Source of the DNA: Scyliorhinus canicula
Taxonomy: Eukaryota
Length of the DNA: 64,000 nt
NCBI RefSeq assembly: GCF_902713615.1
Contig: NC_052149.1
Location: 106,866,989-106,930,988, forward strand
Direction: 5' to 3'
The position numbers were made by a program, and so were the translations under genes. Below are positions 23,260 through 37,800 of the stretch, piece by piece. The notes under the pieces were generated by a model. The model saw nothing but the letters and a program-made list of their open reading frames with translations, searched no databases and was not told the DNA's origin. Every line of letters starts with the position of its first letter. Position 1 is the first letter of the stretch.

Positions 23260-26200
23260 ATTGTGTTGGAGTCTATCTCATTAGTCTTTTTGATGAATTG
23301 TGCCATTCAAGCAAACTGATAAGGATAACAAGCCAAACCCTTCAGTCCCTTTCTTAATCAGATTCTCCACAGTGTAAGGTTTGCAACTTGCCAATCTATG
23401 GTTTACTTTGGAAAAAGGGGAATTGTCAATGAAGATCCAAAAGGCTCTATATAATGATCGTGATAACTGTTGCAACTTGATTATTTCAAGAGCTTGTCAT
23501 TAGTGTAAAAAAAGCAATGAAGGGTAATCTGCCAGCATTACCTGGTCTGGTCCACATGTGACTCCAGATTAATGTGATTAACTCTTAACTGAAATGATGT
23601 GATAAGTCACTCAGTTCAAGGGCAATTAGGAAAGGGCAACAAATGCTGGCCTTGTCAGTGATGCCCACATCCCATGAAAATATAAGTACAATGGTATTAA
23701 AATCTCCAATTATCCTATTTTGTTCCATGAAAGTTAAAGTGAGGATAGCACACCACAACTTCAAACAGGATTAAGACATGTTAACACCCAACCTATTTCA
23801 AGAGTCTTGTTTTGGACTTAAACACGTCTTGATTAATATTGGCACTTCCTCTATCAACCAAGTTGGACAGATTGTGAAAGGTTTTGTAGGTGTATTAACC
23901 CTCACAGAGGTCACTGCATCAGGACTATCAGATTCCCTGTGACCTTCACTGAATACGAGCTTCCCCTTAACTGGGGATCAGATGACTAGTATGAAAACCC
24001 CAACAGAATCTTGTGTACCATAAATAAATCCAACCTTTGTTTTCTACCTACTTGGTCCATGTGTGCTGCTTTAGCGAATTCTATAGTAAGCTTCATATAT
24101 CAATCACCAAATCAAGAGTTAATCTTCCTTAATTACAACAAATGCAGTTTAATTTTGTAACTTAATTTGTCAATTTGAGAGGAATACATGCAGTATTAAA
24201 AATAAGCCACATGGGAATGTAAAAACAAACAAACAGTCACCCGAGGTCAGAATGACGTGAGTGAGGAGTGCTAACCACTGTGCCACCCCAAAATTCAAAC
24301 CACTCCTGGCAGCGGCGTCATGGAACTACTTGGACTGAATCTTGACAAAGATCACTGCATCTCTGTCCAGACCTTCTTTCCAAAACACACTCCACAAGGA
24401 AGTGTGCAACCAACTCTTCTACCCCACAGATGCCTCAAATGAATTTGACAGTCAGCTCAGGGAACCATCCAATAGGATCCATCATTTTCTTATGCCTCAG
24501 GGCCTAGAAGATGGTTACGAGCAGTGCGCTGCCTGATGGACTTGTGGTGAAGGTTGCTTTTCTTCACACACCTTTCTATGGGGGACAGGCTATACGGCAC
24601 GGTCCAATTACTTGCTTTGTTTGTAAAATCAACATCATTGACAATGACATTGGTATTTGTGGAAACTCCTTGCTGAATCCAAGGGAAACATTACAGTGCA
24701 CGTGTTTGACTGTAAAAATATCTCTTTAAGACTCATTTTCAAAAAATGTTAATTCTAACACATAATTACAAGACGATCCTGTAAAGTAAAAATCTTTTAT
24801 TGCATCCTGTTTATCTTTATAAAACAAATTAACCAGTGTTTCCAGCCTGTCACAGCGTGTCAGGTGTTCCCTTTGATTTCTGGAGCTATTGTTATGCTTT
24901 ATTTCTACCGCAACACGTATTGTCAGTTTACAGCTCTTAACACAGCAGATTCCCCAAGTGTAAATATCATAATGCTCTTCAGCCAAAAAGCTCCAGCAAA
25001 TTGACTTGATTTGTGCTATGGAGTTAACACTGTAGTGTTGCTGTTCACTAAGTGGAAAGTTAGTGTGGGTGTGGAGCGGGCAGCTGAGTTGTGATGGAAG
25101 CTGAAATCACAGAGGATGAGGTGTCACCTGAAAGCTAGAGATATAATTCTGACCTCCAAGATGCCTTTAATATAATCCAATAAATAATAGCGAACACTTC
25201 ACAATTTTGACTGTAATGTCAATTGAAGATTCCATTATAAATGTTACTTAAAACACAGGAAAATGCAATTTGATCAACATGGCAACTGCTGATAAATGTT
25301 GAAACCTTTTTTTTAAATGCAGCCCGATTGTCTGCTTCGCCAGATAGCAGCACTAACTTGAGCTCTTGCCAAATCTAACCTTAATCCTTTCATAAAGTCA
25401 GCAACAAACACTCAGGCTGCCGGGTTTTATTTATTTCTGTTGAAATACTGCAGTCATTTAGTCAGAACGTAGATAGGGGAAGACTAATACAGACTGATTA
25501 ATTCACCAGACTTGCTACAGGCACTCATTTAATGTGCCAGCGCAATCAGTTTGAGTCCGCAACATTTAGAATTCAGGTTTCAGTCTTATTTAATGCAATC
25601 TTCACTCTACACTTATTTCTGTTCAATCTTATTCAGCAATGTATAATTCGACAAATCTGCTGACAATAATTGAGAGACAGCCCTGGAATGTGACAAAACA
25701 ATCAGCTTTTACTAAAGTTATGAAAGCGAGAGGTGGCACAGTGAGAATTATCACTTTGTTTCAACATCTGTTACCAGAAGTTGTTACCAACTCCTTTTTC
25801 CATATGCTCCTATTTTCCTTTCACATCCATACTTCTTTTCACATCACAGATTTCTCTTTGCTTAACGTTTCACAATATTGGCCATGTAGGCCTTTTATAG
25901 CTTTTGATTTGAAGCATTCCAAGCAGGATGGGTTGAATGGCCTTCATCAATGCAGTAAGATTCAAGATCATCCCCTTTAGTTTGAGCTAACACCAGTACA
26001 AACGTTGTATCCAAATTAAAGCTATCTTTATCTTGCACTCATGTGCCTCAGCTCCATTTAAGCAAAGAGATATTTTTCCAATTCAATCAGTCACGGTGGA
26101 CTCAAATGGGACGGTTAATCAAGAAGTATACATATTCTACCGACAGCACACATTTGAAAATGATTGTAGTCTATCATTCGAAGATCTGCAGCTATGAGGT

Positions 26201-27744
26201 TGCTGAAGAGATAAGGTCATAGATTAAAGATTGATTTTTAGGAAGAACAAAAAGCACTTTGCTTCTGAATAGTTTTGATTATCATGTCTGTATTGGAGTT
26301 AAATCTTCTCCACAAAAATCACTTTTCCCGATGGGGCTGCAGTGAATAAACAAAATTGACATTAATGTGCTGTTACCGACATTAAACAGTCTTCGAAGCT
26401 TGAGAGCCTTACAGTTCATATTCTTTCAGCTACTCCCCCTCCTTCCCCTCACCCATCAACTCAAACCTCTTTTCAGGCCTCACTGCCCTGCTGCTGAACC
26501 CAGCTCTGTCTCGTTTTTTTCTCTCTCGCCCATCCCTTCTCCCCTCTGGCTTTATCCAAATCGCCCCCATTTGAATGAGATTGAAGAAATGATTGAAAAC
26601 GCATTCTTGGACGACAGCCAGCACTGCACTACTTTCCTGGACAGCAGAGGAAAGTTGGCAAACAAAAAACAAAGCCTTAAATACAAAACAACATCATGCC
26701 CTTGACTAAATGTTCTAAAAGGCAGACTGGGAGAGCGGGCAAGAACATAAAAGGTACAACTAAACAAAATACATGTGTTTGACCGCTAGACAAGTGGTTT
26801 CAAAAGCTTGCTTGCAAAAAATTTGATATTAGACTTTATGACTGGGGAACTGAATGGCCAGGTTGTGGGAATGTGCACATAAAGAAGCTTGTGAAAAAGC
26901 AAAGCAGCCACAGATTCCCAAGACACTACAGAGCCCAAGGACTCTATGCCTTCCACATTTCTTTTGGGCGAGATAAGCACTGTTCAATGCATAAAATAGC
27001 ACCGCAGCAAGAAACTGGAACAATGGAGAATGGAATAAAAAAGGAACTCCTCTAACAAATTATAAAATGACACAAAAGTTACACTTTAAAGCTTTTCCAG
27101 TCACAGTCCTGCATTCTTTTATTTGAATTACTACAGTTTTACTGTGGAATAACACTGACTCCGTTATCACATGGATAATTACTGAAGGCATTGAGAAAGC
27201 TAAGAAGCTGTCACCCAAATGCATTTGTTTTATTCCTGTGCCTACATCCACTTTCAGCACTGGAATGGCTTGTGAAGAGTAAGAGACAATGCTGTGTGTC
27301 TTACTGATGTCTCAAAAACAACATTCCCCACTGTCTGTGTTGTTCTTGGCAGTGCTTCACAGCCTAGTCTGTATTGTAGGGAGTGAAAATAGAGCTGACT
27401 GCGGCACCATTTTAACCAGTGGTGTTTTGGGAAAAAAAATATTATCAAAATACAATGGAGAGGGCTGGGAGTTCAGAAACCATTCAGAAGTTAAAATGAC
27501 AAACCGTTCTGTTTAATTCAAAATAAGGCTGATTAACCCAACAAACAAAACATTTTAGATGCTGTTGACTCAGAATTAGACAGACTTGCATTTACATAGC
27601 ACTTTTCACAAGATCAGGAAATGCCAAAACACTTTACAGCTAGTGGTGCATAGTCACTGTTGCATTGCACAGCAGTGTGATAATGACTTGCTATAATGTG
27701 GTAATAATCTCTCCTTAATAAAAAGTGATGTGGGCAACGGTTAA

Positions 27745-27965
27745 ACATTGACTAGTACTCCCATGCAGTGAAATATTACCTTGGGATCTTTGTACATCCA
27801 CCTGAAGGGCAGATTAGGCTTTGGTTCAAAGTTTCATCCAAAGGATGATACCTCCGACAGTAGAGTGGTGCTGCGCTTGATTACCAGCCAAGATTTCATG
27901 CTGAAGCTTCTAGAGTGGGAGCTGAACCTGCAACCTAGCAAGCCACCCACTGAACCACAGCTCAG
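27745..27965 (-). mobile_element. DeuSINE (SacSINE1-like) fragment
   Basis: gggatctttgtacatccacctgaagggcag...tttcatccaaagg...acctccgacagt resembles the reverse-complemented Deu domain. Confidence 0.6.
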
Positions 27966-28248
27966 AAATAAACTGTTTTCAGTTGTATAAACAAAGGTAG
28001 TTTAGGCTTTCATCACGAGTCAATGCTGAGTTTAAGCGCTGCACACTTTGATTAAGGATGGGAGATGAATTGGGGAAAAAATTGTCTAGGCTGGAGAAGT
28101 CGGGAAAATAACTCGGGGACGCTTCCACTGATGGATTGGTAACTCTTGCTGGAAGGATGGACCTCTGGAAATAAGGCTAGAATTTAAATTCAACAAATAA
28201 ATCTGGAATGTAAAATCAGTAATGGTGAACCATGAAACTATAATTGAT

Positions 28249-28628
28249 TGATATTGGGACATTATCATAAATATAACTGCAAGAGTTAATGAAATGTCTA
28301 ACTCACCCACAAGAGAGAGTTAAATGTAGAAGTATATAAGACATTGATGCTAAGCCTTATGGGGGAGAGGTTCAAGAGAAGGCGAGAGAACCGATTGAAG
28401 GAAAGAAAGTGTGAGTGAGAGCAGATCAGAGGTAATGTTATAGTTTAGAGATTAGTAGTAGATGAGTGTAGATTATATGTTTATTATCAATTGTGTATTA
28501 CCTAGAGTAAGTGTTGAATCCAAATTAGTGTTAATAAATTGATAGCTTTGTTCAATTTAAAGTTATTTTGTGGTCTTTGTGAACACTACGCCATCCATCC
28601 TAACCTTAGCAACACAAAGAACATCACA
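28249..28628 (+). mobile_element. Solo LTR inserted in a family-2 SINE (~28130-28820)
   Basis: tgatattggg...aacatcaca interrupts the SINE between ccatgaaacta and aaaacccca; flanks ttgat/gtgat; internal aataaa. Confidence 0.6.
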
Positions 28629-29314
28629 GTGATAAAACCCCATATAGTCCACTAAAGAAATCTGCCATCCTTACCGCTGGTCTGGCCTACATGTCACTCT
28701 AGGCCCACAGCAATGCAGTTGACTCTTAAATTGCCTGGCAAGCCACTCAGTTCAAGAGCAATTAGGGATGGGTAACAAATGCTGACCATGCCAGTGATGC
28801 CCACATCCCATGAAAGAATAAACAACTCAGCTTAGTAGCAGCATAATACATTAGATTAAACATCGACTAAATGTGCAAACTCAAAGCAAAAACGTGTGAC
28901 TGAAGTACATAATAAGAAATGAGAAACAAGCCAAGACTAAAATCTATTCTGAGAAGTTCTTAAATATAAATGGAGAAATTCATGCAAGATTACAGATGAG
29001 TGATTTCCAACAGGTGCATTATTCAAAGTTAATATTTCACTTCAAATAGTGCTAAGAAATCAGGGGCCATGCAGTCAAAGCCCATCCCTTTTATCGCTCT
29101 GAAACTGTACCTACCATTACATCACCAACACCACTCACGCACCATCACTCTTTTCCTGTCTAACCCAGTTATTTTTAAGCCCAGCCCAACTGTCAAAAGC
29201 AATAAAATTGTAAAAGATTTTAAACTGCCTTGCCCAGGTGGGCATCGGATTCAATGACAATGAGGGATGAATGTTGGCCTGGAGAGTGGGAGTGCTCCTT
29301 TGCTTCAGGACAAA

Positions 29315-29545
29315 GCAAGGAGCACTCCCACTCTCTGGGCCAACATTCATTCCCTCAACCAAAACCAATAAAAAAATTTTAAAAGACATATTAAGTGGTC
29401 ATGCATCTAAATTACACGAGGGACCTTCCAGAAGCAAATTAGCTGTCACATTTTGTACACAACAACAGGGACCACACTTCAATCAAAATCGTTCACTGTG
29501 AAGCATACTGAGTTGCACCAAGGACATGAACGAGGCATTACATGT
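29315..29545 (+). mobile_element. DeuSINE 3' half, preceded by an inverted copy of its start
   Basis: ggccaacattcattccctcaacc...gcaaattagctgtcacattt...ccacacttcaa; see hairpin finding. Confidence 0.55.
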
Positions 29546-30639
29546 AAACCGCTATGGTCGTGTAGTGATTGAGCAACTGAATTAGTAATCCCAAAGCCTG
29601 GACTAATAATAATCCAATTTGAAAACTTGATATCAATTTTTAAAAAGCTGGTTTCAGTATAACATGATCATACAGCTATCAGGTGGTCATCATAACATAA
29701 CTGCTTCACTGGTGTTCTTCAGGGGAGGAAGTCTGCTGTCTTTGCCAGATGTGGCCTTTGACAGTGCAGTTGATTCTTAACTGCCCTCTTAATTATGTAG
29801 CCAAACATGTTGCTTAGTTGTATTACCACTTCCAAGGACAATTATGGATGGGCAATAAGTGCCTGGAAGACCCAGCTTCATAGAATGAAAAAAATAAAAC
29901 AAATCCTAATAAGTTATTTTCCCTGTTCAGGTTTCACGTTTGAGGATAAACAAAAACCCAAATGCGACCACACTTTCATTGATAGTGCAGCCAAGATGTA
30001 ATTTGATTTCATGGTTTGGTTACGCAGAGGAAATAATAAAAGTGACATCTTCAGTCTTTCATAAATCAGAACTAAAAAAAAGCTACCCATTGTTTTGCAA
30101 TGGCTCGGTCAACAGGTCACTTTTCTTTCCTTAATAAATTTGTTAACTCACTTGCTCCACTCCCATCCTCTCTACCACCACCCATCCCCCAAATTCTGAT
30201 TGCCTGTTTTAGAGAGAGTTGGAAAGCATTTGAAGGCATGCTGTCCCAGATAAATTTAGCTTCACACACACTGCTGCTCATGTTTCTCATCTGCACCTCC
30301 TGTTTTTGACAATAACTTATTTATTCAACACTTCCTCGTGTCAAAAGGAAATCCTTGAGTAAATGTTTGCAGTCTGTCGGATCGAGAATACTTGTGATGG
30401 TTCATGGAAACAGTTCTCAGCTGGTCTGAAAACTAATTTACTCGGACGTGAAGACTGCCAACATTTCAAGGTTTCTTGGGAAACGCCTTCTAAATTTCCA
30501 TGCCCATCTTTCCCACAACACCATGAAGATCCGCAAGGTTTCTAGCCCAGCCATGACACTGAAACCGCTGTAATGATCAGTCACAAACTACACCCTCTGT
30601 TACTTCAACTGTGCTGTATTGTCTATCCACCCTCAGCAT

Positions 30640-32860
30640 CGTTGCACTGGAGAGTGGATCCTACAGGCCCATTTCTTTGTCGAACATGGACGTGAAAATA
30701 TTGGTGAAGGTGTTGGTGTGTAGGTTGGTGGGGTGTGTGCCAGAGTTGGTCTCTCAGGATCAAACAAGGTTTTGTGAAGGGTAGGCAGCTCTCCAGTAAC
30801 ATTAAGAGGCTGCTGAATATAGTTATGATTCCGTCGGGGGCTGGGCACTGGAGGTTATTGTATCGATGGATGCAGAGAAGGCCTTTGACCAGGTAGAGTG
30901 GAGATACCTATTTGAAATTTTGAGTAAGTTTGGGTTTGGGCCGAAGTTTGTGGCATGGGTTCATCTTTTGTATGTGTTCCCTGTGGCTAGTGTGCATACA
31001 CATGAGAAGAGTTCAGGGTGTTTTGGGTTACATAGGGAATGAAGCAGAGGTGTCGTTGTCACCATTGTTATTTGCGTTGGCAATTGAGACCTTGGCAATG
31101 GCCCTTCGGGGGTTAGCTGAGTTGCGAGGGAATGTGAGGTGGCAGGGAGCATTGGTGTCACTGTACACAGACAATCTGTTGCTGTGTGTGTCATCCCCGC
31201 TGGAAGATATGGGCAGAATTATGGGCCTATTGGAGAGATTTGGGCCTTCTCTGGGTATACGTTAAACGTAAGGAAGAGCAAGGTATATCCTGGTGAATAC
31301 GGCGAGGCGGGGATCCAATTTGGGGTTACTACCGTTTAAGGTGGCAAAAGAGCAGTTTAGATATTTGGGAATCCAACATGAGTGGAACTCGAAAGCATTA
31401 GTGGAAGAGGTTAAGGGGGATTTCAAGAGGTGGGATACTTTGCACTTGATGATGGCAGGGAGGGTGCAGGTGGTAAAGATGAATGTGCTGCCAACATTCC
31501 TGTTGGTCTTTCAGACCCTCCCGATTTTTCTCCCTAAAGCCTCCTACCGGAGGGTGGAAGCACGGATTTTGGAGTTCATATGGGTGGGGAAGGTACTCAG
31601 AGTGAAGAGGGCTCTGCTACAAAGGCAGAAAGGCGCTCCCGACCTGGCATTATTGCTGGGTTGCGAAAGTGGAGAAGGTGAGGCGTTGGTGGGGGGGGAG
31701 GGGGGTGAAGAGGATCAGATTGGAGGAGGAGTCCTGTTGGGGTTCTAGCATGAGGGCCCAGGTGACGCCCACGTTGCCATTAGCCCTGGGGAAGTATATG
31801 GGTAGTCCAGTGGTGCAGTCAACTATCAGGATATGGAACCTGTTGAGGAGGCATTTTAAGTTAGATAAAATGTCGGAATGACGCCACTGTGTGGGAACTA
31901 CAGGTTTAAGCCATGGTGGGATGGATGGGATGTATGGGAAGTGGAGGGAGGTGGGGCTGGAGTGGGTTTAGGGATATGTTCTCGGAGGGGGAGTGTGCAG
32001 CATTGGATGAACTGCAGGAGAGGTTTGAGCTACCAAGGGGTAGCAAGTTTTGGTATATGCAGGTGAGGGACTTCGCGTGAAAGGAATGGCTAATGGTCCC
32101 CCAGCTACAGGAGTACACATTTTTAGAGCAACTGCTGCTCCGTGATGACTTGGGGGAGGGTTGGAAGAGCAGGGCAAGGAACAGGTGGTGAGGATAAAGC
32201 ATACATGGAAGGAGGATTTGGGGAGTGAAATAGACTGGGGTCTCTAATGTGAGGCGATGCGGCAGTTGAACTCAACCTCCTCCTGCGTGAGGATGAGCTT
32301 GATTTAGTTTAAGGTGGTGCACAGGGTACACATGACTCAGACAAGAATGAGTGGGTTCCTCCAGGGGTAATGTGGGCAGGGGCAGGAAAATCATGCTCAC
32401 ATGCTCTCATGTTTTGGGGCTGCGAGAAGTTGGAGAGATTTTGGGAGGCGGTGTTTGGGACGTTATACAGGATAGAGGGGGCTGAGGTCAGGACAGACTC
32501 TATGGTGGCAATCTTTGGGGTTTCAGAGGAGCCGGGGCTGCTGGAGGGGAAGGGGGGCAGTGTTGTAGCCTTCGCCTCTCATGATTGCCTGGTGAAGGAT
32601 CCTTGTAAATTGGAGTCGGATATCCCACCGGGGATGGCAACTTGGTTGAGGACTTACGCAACTTCCTCCAGCTGGAGAAGATTAATTCGCTCTGAGGGAT
32701 CAGAAGAGGGCTTCAAAGTGCGGTGGAGGCCGCTCATGACTTTATTTGATGAGCTGTTCATCGTGGGGGTAGGGGGAGGGGAGGGATTAAAAGTGGAAAA
32801 ACTGTACAAACTGCTAACTGTTCTTTGGTGGATTGAGTATTTTATCGATATTGTTTATGT
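30640..32860 (+). mobile_element. L1/Tx1-clade LINE, decayed ORF2 (RT and C-terminal region)
   Basis: MDAEKAFDQVEW.YLFEIL..FGFG, LSPLLFALAIETLA, VSLYTDNLL (YADD-derived), FSGYTLNVRKSK, GRVQVVKMNVLP, HALMFWGCEKLERFW; many frameshifts. Confidence 0.9.
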
Positions 32861-35800
32861 TTGGAAAAAGATATCTTCAAAAAGAAGAATCCTCTGAACT
32901 CCAAGAATGATTTACAGGCAAAGTACTGTGAGAGAACATAAAGTACAGTACAAGACAGAAACACTTGTATTGTCAGTACAAATGAGTAATGCTTGTTTTT
33001 CCCATTTGTTAGGTGAATTTACTTAACTGGAGTAAAAGTGAAATGGGTCGAACTTGTCCCTGAAGCCTTCTTCAGAGACACACAAGAAGGAAATCAATCA
33101 AGTGATAGCTTCATGTGGATTATCCACAGTTCTATCTTGAAACAGCAAAAGTTACTTATAAAAAAGGCAAACTGGAGAAACTCTTGGTCCACATTATCAA
33201 TCAACCAGAAAACTGTTCTCACATCAGCACTTCTATTCACAACACCATCTCATTTCCTGTTACACTAAATTTGTACAATATCTAACATTTCCACTCTCAC
33301 AGTCTTGTCCGATATCCTATACACACAGTTGTTCACCATGCGTACAAACAGCGACATGGGTATAAAATATCACGAGAGTGAGAAAATGTGAATCATGATG
33401 GCAAGATGTAATTTTAGATTTATCCTGCTCCTCGCCAGTGCCGTAAGAGCATCCTGCCCAGAAAGGTCAGGAAATCCATTTAAATAAATTATAATGAAAT
33501 TAAAGGGCTTTTCCACCATATCAACCAACCACATTGGAATCTCGCCACATTAGCGAGGTTTACAAGTTTTTAAAAATGGGAACCAAGCAGAGGGAACCTG
33601 CCTGGGTGCACAGGAAAGTACAGCCCTGAGGGACAGTGCCTGGAGGCAGAGCCGGGGGCAGTGTCAAGGGTTAGCCCCTACAGGGATGTCCATGGGGGGG
33701 GGGGGTTGTTTCTCTTATACAAGGGGGTTCCCCTATGTCCGTGGGAGAGGGGTTCCCTGTGCTCATGGGGGTTGGGTTCTCTTTTTGCTTAAAGACACTC
33801 CAATCTTGGGATTTGCGGCACTGCTGACATCCCTCCGGCCTTGTTAGCCTGTGTGACGGCATGGGTATTGCTTTCAGATTTTCTCTGCACAAAGAGATGC
33901 ACAAAGTGGTGAGAAAGCTGGCTGTGCAGCCAGCGAGCAGCACATTGATTTTGATGCCTCAGCCAGCACTCTAGGCAGAGAATGGAAAATTTCCCCCCAT
34001 AATATTGATGTCTTGGCATCAACAATAATGTTCCACTTATGCAGGAACCAATAAATCCTCTCACCTAGAGGGGTTTTTACAATTACTTCCAGGGTTCATT
34101 GGTTCTTTTCAGTCAACAGTGGATGATTTTTTTCTTATTGGTTCACGGGACATCACTGGCTAGACCAGCATTTATTGCCCATCCCTAATTGCCCTTGAGG
34201 GGCAGTTAAGAGTCAACCACATTGCTGTGGGTCGGGAGACACATGTAGGTCAGGCCAGGTAAGGATGGCATCAGTGAACCAGATGGATTTTTACGACAAT
34301 GAGCCATGATTTCTTGGTTATCTTTAGACTTTTAAGTCCAGATTTTATTGAATTCAAATTTCACCATCTGGAGTGGTGGGATGCTGCTTTACTAATCCAG
34401 TAACAATTCACTATGCTACCATCTCCCCTGAGCGTTGAGGTGCCATAGCTTGGCATGGGTTTGCATGAGGGGTCAATGAGGGCTTGGTGGGAGGCCATCC
34501 CTTGGAATGGGCCCATAAATGGTCATGGGAATTGTTTGGGGAGCATACCTTGACATGAGACCATGAGCGGCCATGGGCAGTGGATGACTTTCATCTCTTG
34601 GCATGGGGTCATGAGGTGCTATGGCGCTTTGTTTTCAGGGCTGCACCTTGACATGAGGGACACGAGGAGGACCTTTTGAACCTTTTTTCAAGAGATTCGC
34701 TCATGCAGACTATGGTTCATGATATCTCTGAGGTACCATGAACCAAAACTTGGAAAGCTGAGCCGACGCCATGACGATTGTGTCGGGCTGGAACATGCCT
34801 ATTCCCACAATGGAGCTGGCCAGGTCAGGAATGCAGAGCACAGGCTCATGGTCTGAATCAGTCTGCACCCATTAAAGGCACTGGTAAAAATCAGGAACAC
34901 TGGGAATGGGAATCCCAGAATCGGTTTCTGGCTGCCATTTTTATAGGTCCGTGGAATCTACCTGACTCTACAAAAATCCAGCCCTTTGTGCCGATTGCTG
35001 GTGTTTTTACTCTGCATGTTTTGGGGTAAGCCAAGATGGGGTTGTGGAGTGCATCGGTACAATGCACAATTTGACAAAAAGAACACCGCAAGCTTGATCT
35101 CTCTCTTAATGCCGGTGGATGGGAGCCGTAAAGGTCATGATGCTGAACTGCATAATAAACAGGTCAATGGATCAACTAGTCTTTATTTACCTGTCACTCA
35201 GATGTTTAATCTCAGATGTAATTATTAATTTACATGCTATGCTTCAACAGCCCATATATCATAGCTTCCTTCAGCAATTGATTAGAAAAATCTTGTACAT
35301 CTTAATTCAGGGGTTTTAATATTTACTGAACTCAAGCCAAATGTTAGACGCATACGAGATTTTAATTTTTTGATTATCATGCATGCATATACCAAATGTC
35401 TTTTGGCAGCATGTTGGAAGCATTGACAGAATATTTGCTTAGCTGGATTTCCTTGTGATTCATGGAAAGATGTGATGCCAACAGGAAATTAGTGCCTTAG
35501 TTCGATGCTCCGCGGAATGTAAACACAAGTTATTACAACCAGAAAGGAATAGATGATAACATTCAGAGAAAAAGTACACATGCACCGTACCCACTAGATT
35601 GCATTTTCGATATAATTTTGTCTGGCCCATAATTATCTTCATCCCATTGTGAACTTGTCCCTTAGCTTTTCTGCTGCTGGAAATCTTATCCGTGCCTCTA
35701 CTGCCTCCTCTTGTCCCTACCATTGTGGCACTCTCCTGGATGGTCTCCCATCCTTTATCCTCCTTAAGCTTCAGCTTAGCGAAACTCTTATTGTTGGTAC

Positions 35801-36242
35801 AGCGAAGGTTCTCTGGGATGAGAGGGTTGATCTCTGATGAGAGGCTGAGTAAATCGAGTTTATATTCTCTGAAGTTTAGAGGATTAAGAGTCAGTAATGG
35901 TGACAAAGAAACTATTATTGATTGTTGCAAAAACTTTCACTCATCTCCCTCAGGGAAGGAAATTTGCCATCCTTTCCTTGTCTCGCCTAAGTGTGACCTC
36001 AGATCCACAGCAATGTGGTTGACTCTTAGCTGCCCTCTGAAATAGTCTAGCAAGTTTCTCAGTTCAAGGACAATTAGGGATGGGCAACAAATGCTGCCCT
36101 TGCCGGGGACATTCACATCCCAAAATTAAAAAAGCGTGGTACAGAAATTTTGTTTAGAAATTTTATTTTTAAATCCTGAGCTTGTCAGAGTAAAGTCTGG
36201 TAGTTTACCATCAATAATTGGAAGCAGTTTTAAAGAAACTTT

Positions 36243-36900
36243 GGGTATGATTTACTGGCCGTGATCCACCGGAATCGGGATGGGACGTGGCTGTTACGCC
36301 TCACGAGATTGAACGAGATTCGTGAGCTGTCACGATCTGGGCCCACCCAAAATGGGCGGGACCCAGATTTGCATTGTTAAAAGAGCTTAAACGCTCACTT
36401 ACCTAGGCTGTTGCCATTTCTAACTGGTAACCAGAATCTATCAGGCTCACCAAGGAGACCCCAGCCAGACGCTGTTTAGCACAGGTTCCCACAAATGAGG
36501 ACCAGGCGGAATGTCACTTGGGGAGTATCCCAGGTGATTGGAGACCCCCCAGGTGGTTGGCCTCTGGCCAGGTTGGAACCCTGGTGCTGCTGGTGCCACC
36601 AGGGGTCCTTGACATTGCCAGCCCATACCCTGACAGTGTCACATGGGTGTCACCCTAGCACTACAAGGGTGCCTTGGTGGCACTGTCAGGCTGGCAGAAG
36701 AACTGCCAAGATGCCAAGCTGGCTTTTTGTCCATTGAATCAGGCCTGGGGTGCCCTGCCAGTACATGGTTGGGTGCGAGGGGTTGAGGACCCCCCAACAG
36801 GTGAGTTTGGCATTGGGGTGTGGGGTCTATGGTCGGGTCGGGGGGTAGAGAGATAGGTGCGCCATTTAAAAATTGCGCCCAATCTCTTCCTGCACTGAGG
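36243..36900. mobile_element. Related GC-rich non-autonomous DNA transposon
   Basis: Begins gggtatgatttactggcc; tcacgagat repeats and ggcactgcca-type blocks shared with ~61590-62310. Confidence 0.5.
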
Positions 36901-37639
36901 CCGAGTTTGCTTGAGAGAGATTTTTATGACAATACTTGGATAACACAAAGAGTTCTATGTGCCAGTGGGAATTGTAAAAAAAGCTTTTTCAAAAACTTTC
37001 ATTCATTAATAATTTTACACTTTCTCAAAAAATAAATCTTTTACTGCAGCCCAATCAAAGTGTCAATCATGCAGATATTTTAAGAATCAACAGCCGAAAC
37101 TGCAGGCATTTGAAACTCCTTTATCATGTGTAAATAGCATTGTGCAATTGATAGCATAGATTGCAGATCTAGATCTAATCGGTGTTTTTAAATATTTGTT
37201 CATGGGATGTGGGCGTCTCTGGCTGGGCCAGCATTTAGTGCCTATCCTTGAGGGCATTAAAGAGTCAACCACTTTACTGTGAATCTGGAGTCAGATAGGG
37301 CCAGACCAGGTAAGGTCAACAGATTTCCTTCCGCAAAGGACATCAGTGAACCAGATGGTTTATTACAACAACCGACAATGGCTTCATGGTCACCTTTATA
37401 CTTTTAATTCCAGATTTTATTGAATTCAAATTCCACCCTCTGCCATGGCAGGATTCGAATTCGGATCCCCAAAGCATGACTCTGGATCTCTGGATTACTA
37501 GTCCAGCGACAATACCAGTACCACTATGCCACTGTCTCCCCATGTGTATTTGATATCAGTTATGAATGTATAATGAGGCTTGGCTGAGAGCTCAAAAATG
37601 TATTTAAAGGAATATTTTACATGTTCAATGGTTACTTTC

Positions 37640-37800
37640 AGATTCATCTATTACAGTATTGTCAGAGACCCCTCACACCCAGACATTGCCTTCTTTCAGA
37701 TCCTTCCATCAGGCAGAAGATACATAAGTCTGAAGAGCCGCACATCCGGACATAGGAACAGCTTCTTCCGCACAGCTACCAGTCTCCTCAACGACTCCAC
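37640..37800 (+). mobile_element. Rex1/Babar LINE C-terminal fragment
   Basis: IVRDPSHPDIAFFQILPSGRRYISLKSRTSGHRNSFF..ATSLLN. Confidence 0.7.

Noticed and set aside
24726-25105. ~125-codon open minus-strand frame (...LETLVNLFYKDKQDAIKDFYF...) after an acceptor-like tttcag
   Set aside because: No ATG, no recognisable homology, and several frames of this length are expected by chance in 64 kb.
26430-26760. GA-rich unique segment with a possible ATG...G|GTGAGG first exon on the minus strand
   Set aside because: Peptide unrecognised, phase 1, no supporting motif.
30640-32860. G/A-rich decayed L1 near APOBEC4 as possible deaminase hypermutation
   Set aside because: The purine skew is normal for this L1 family, and genomic proximity gives no mechanistic link.
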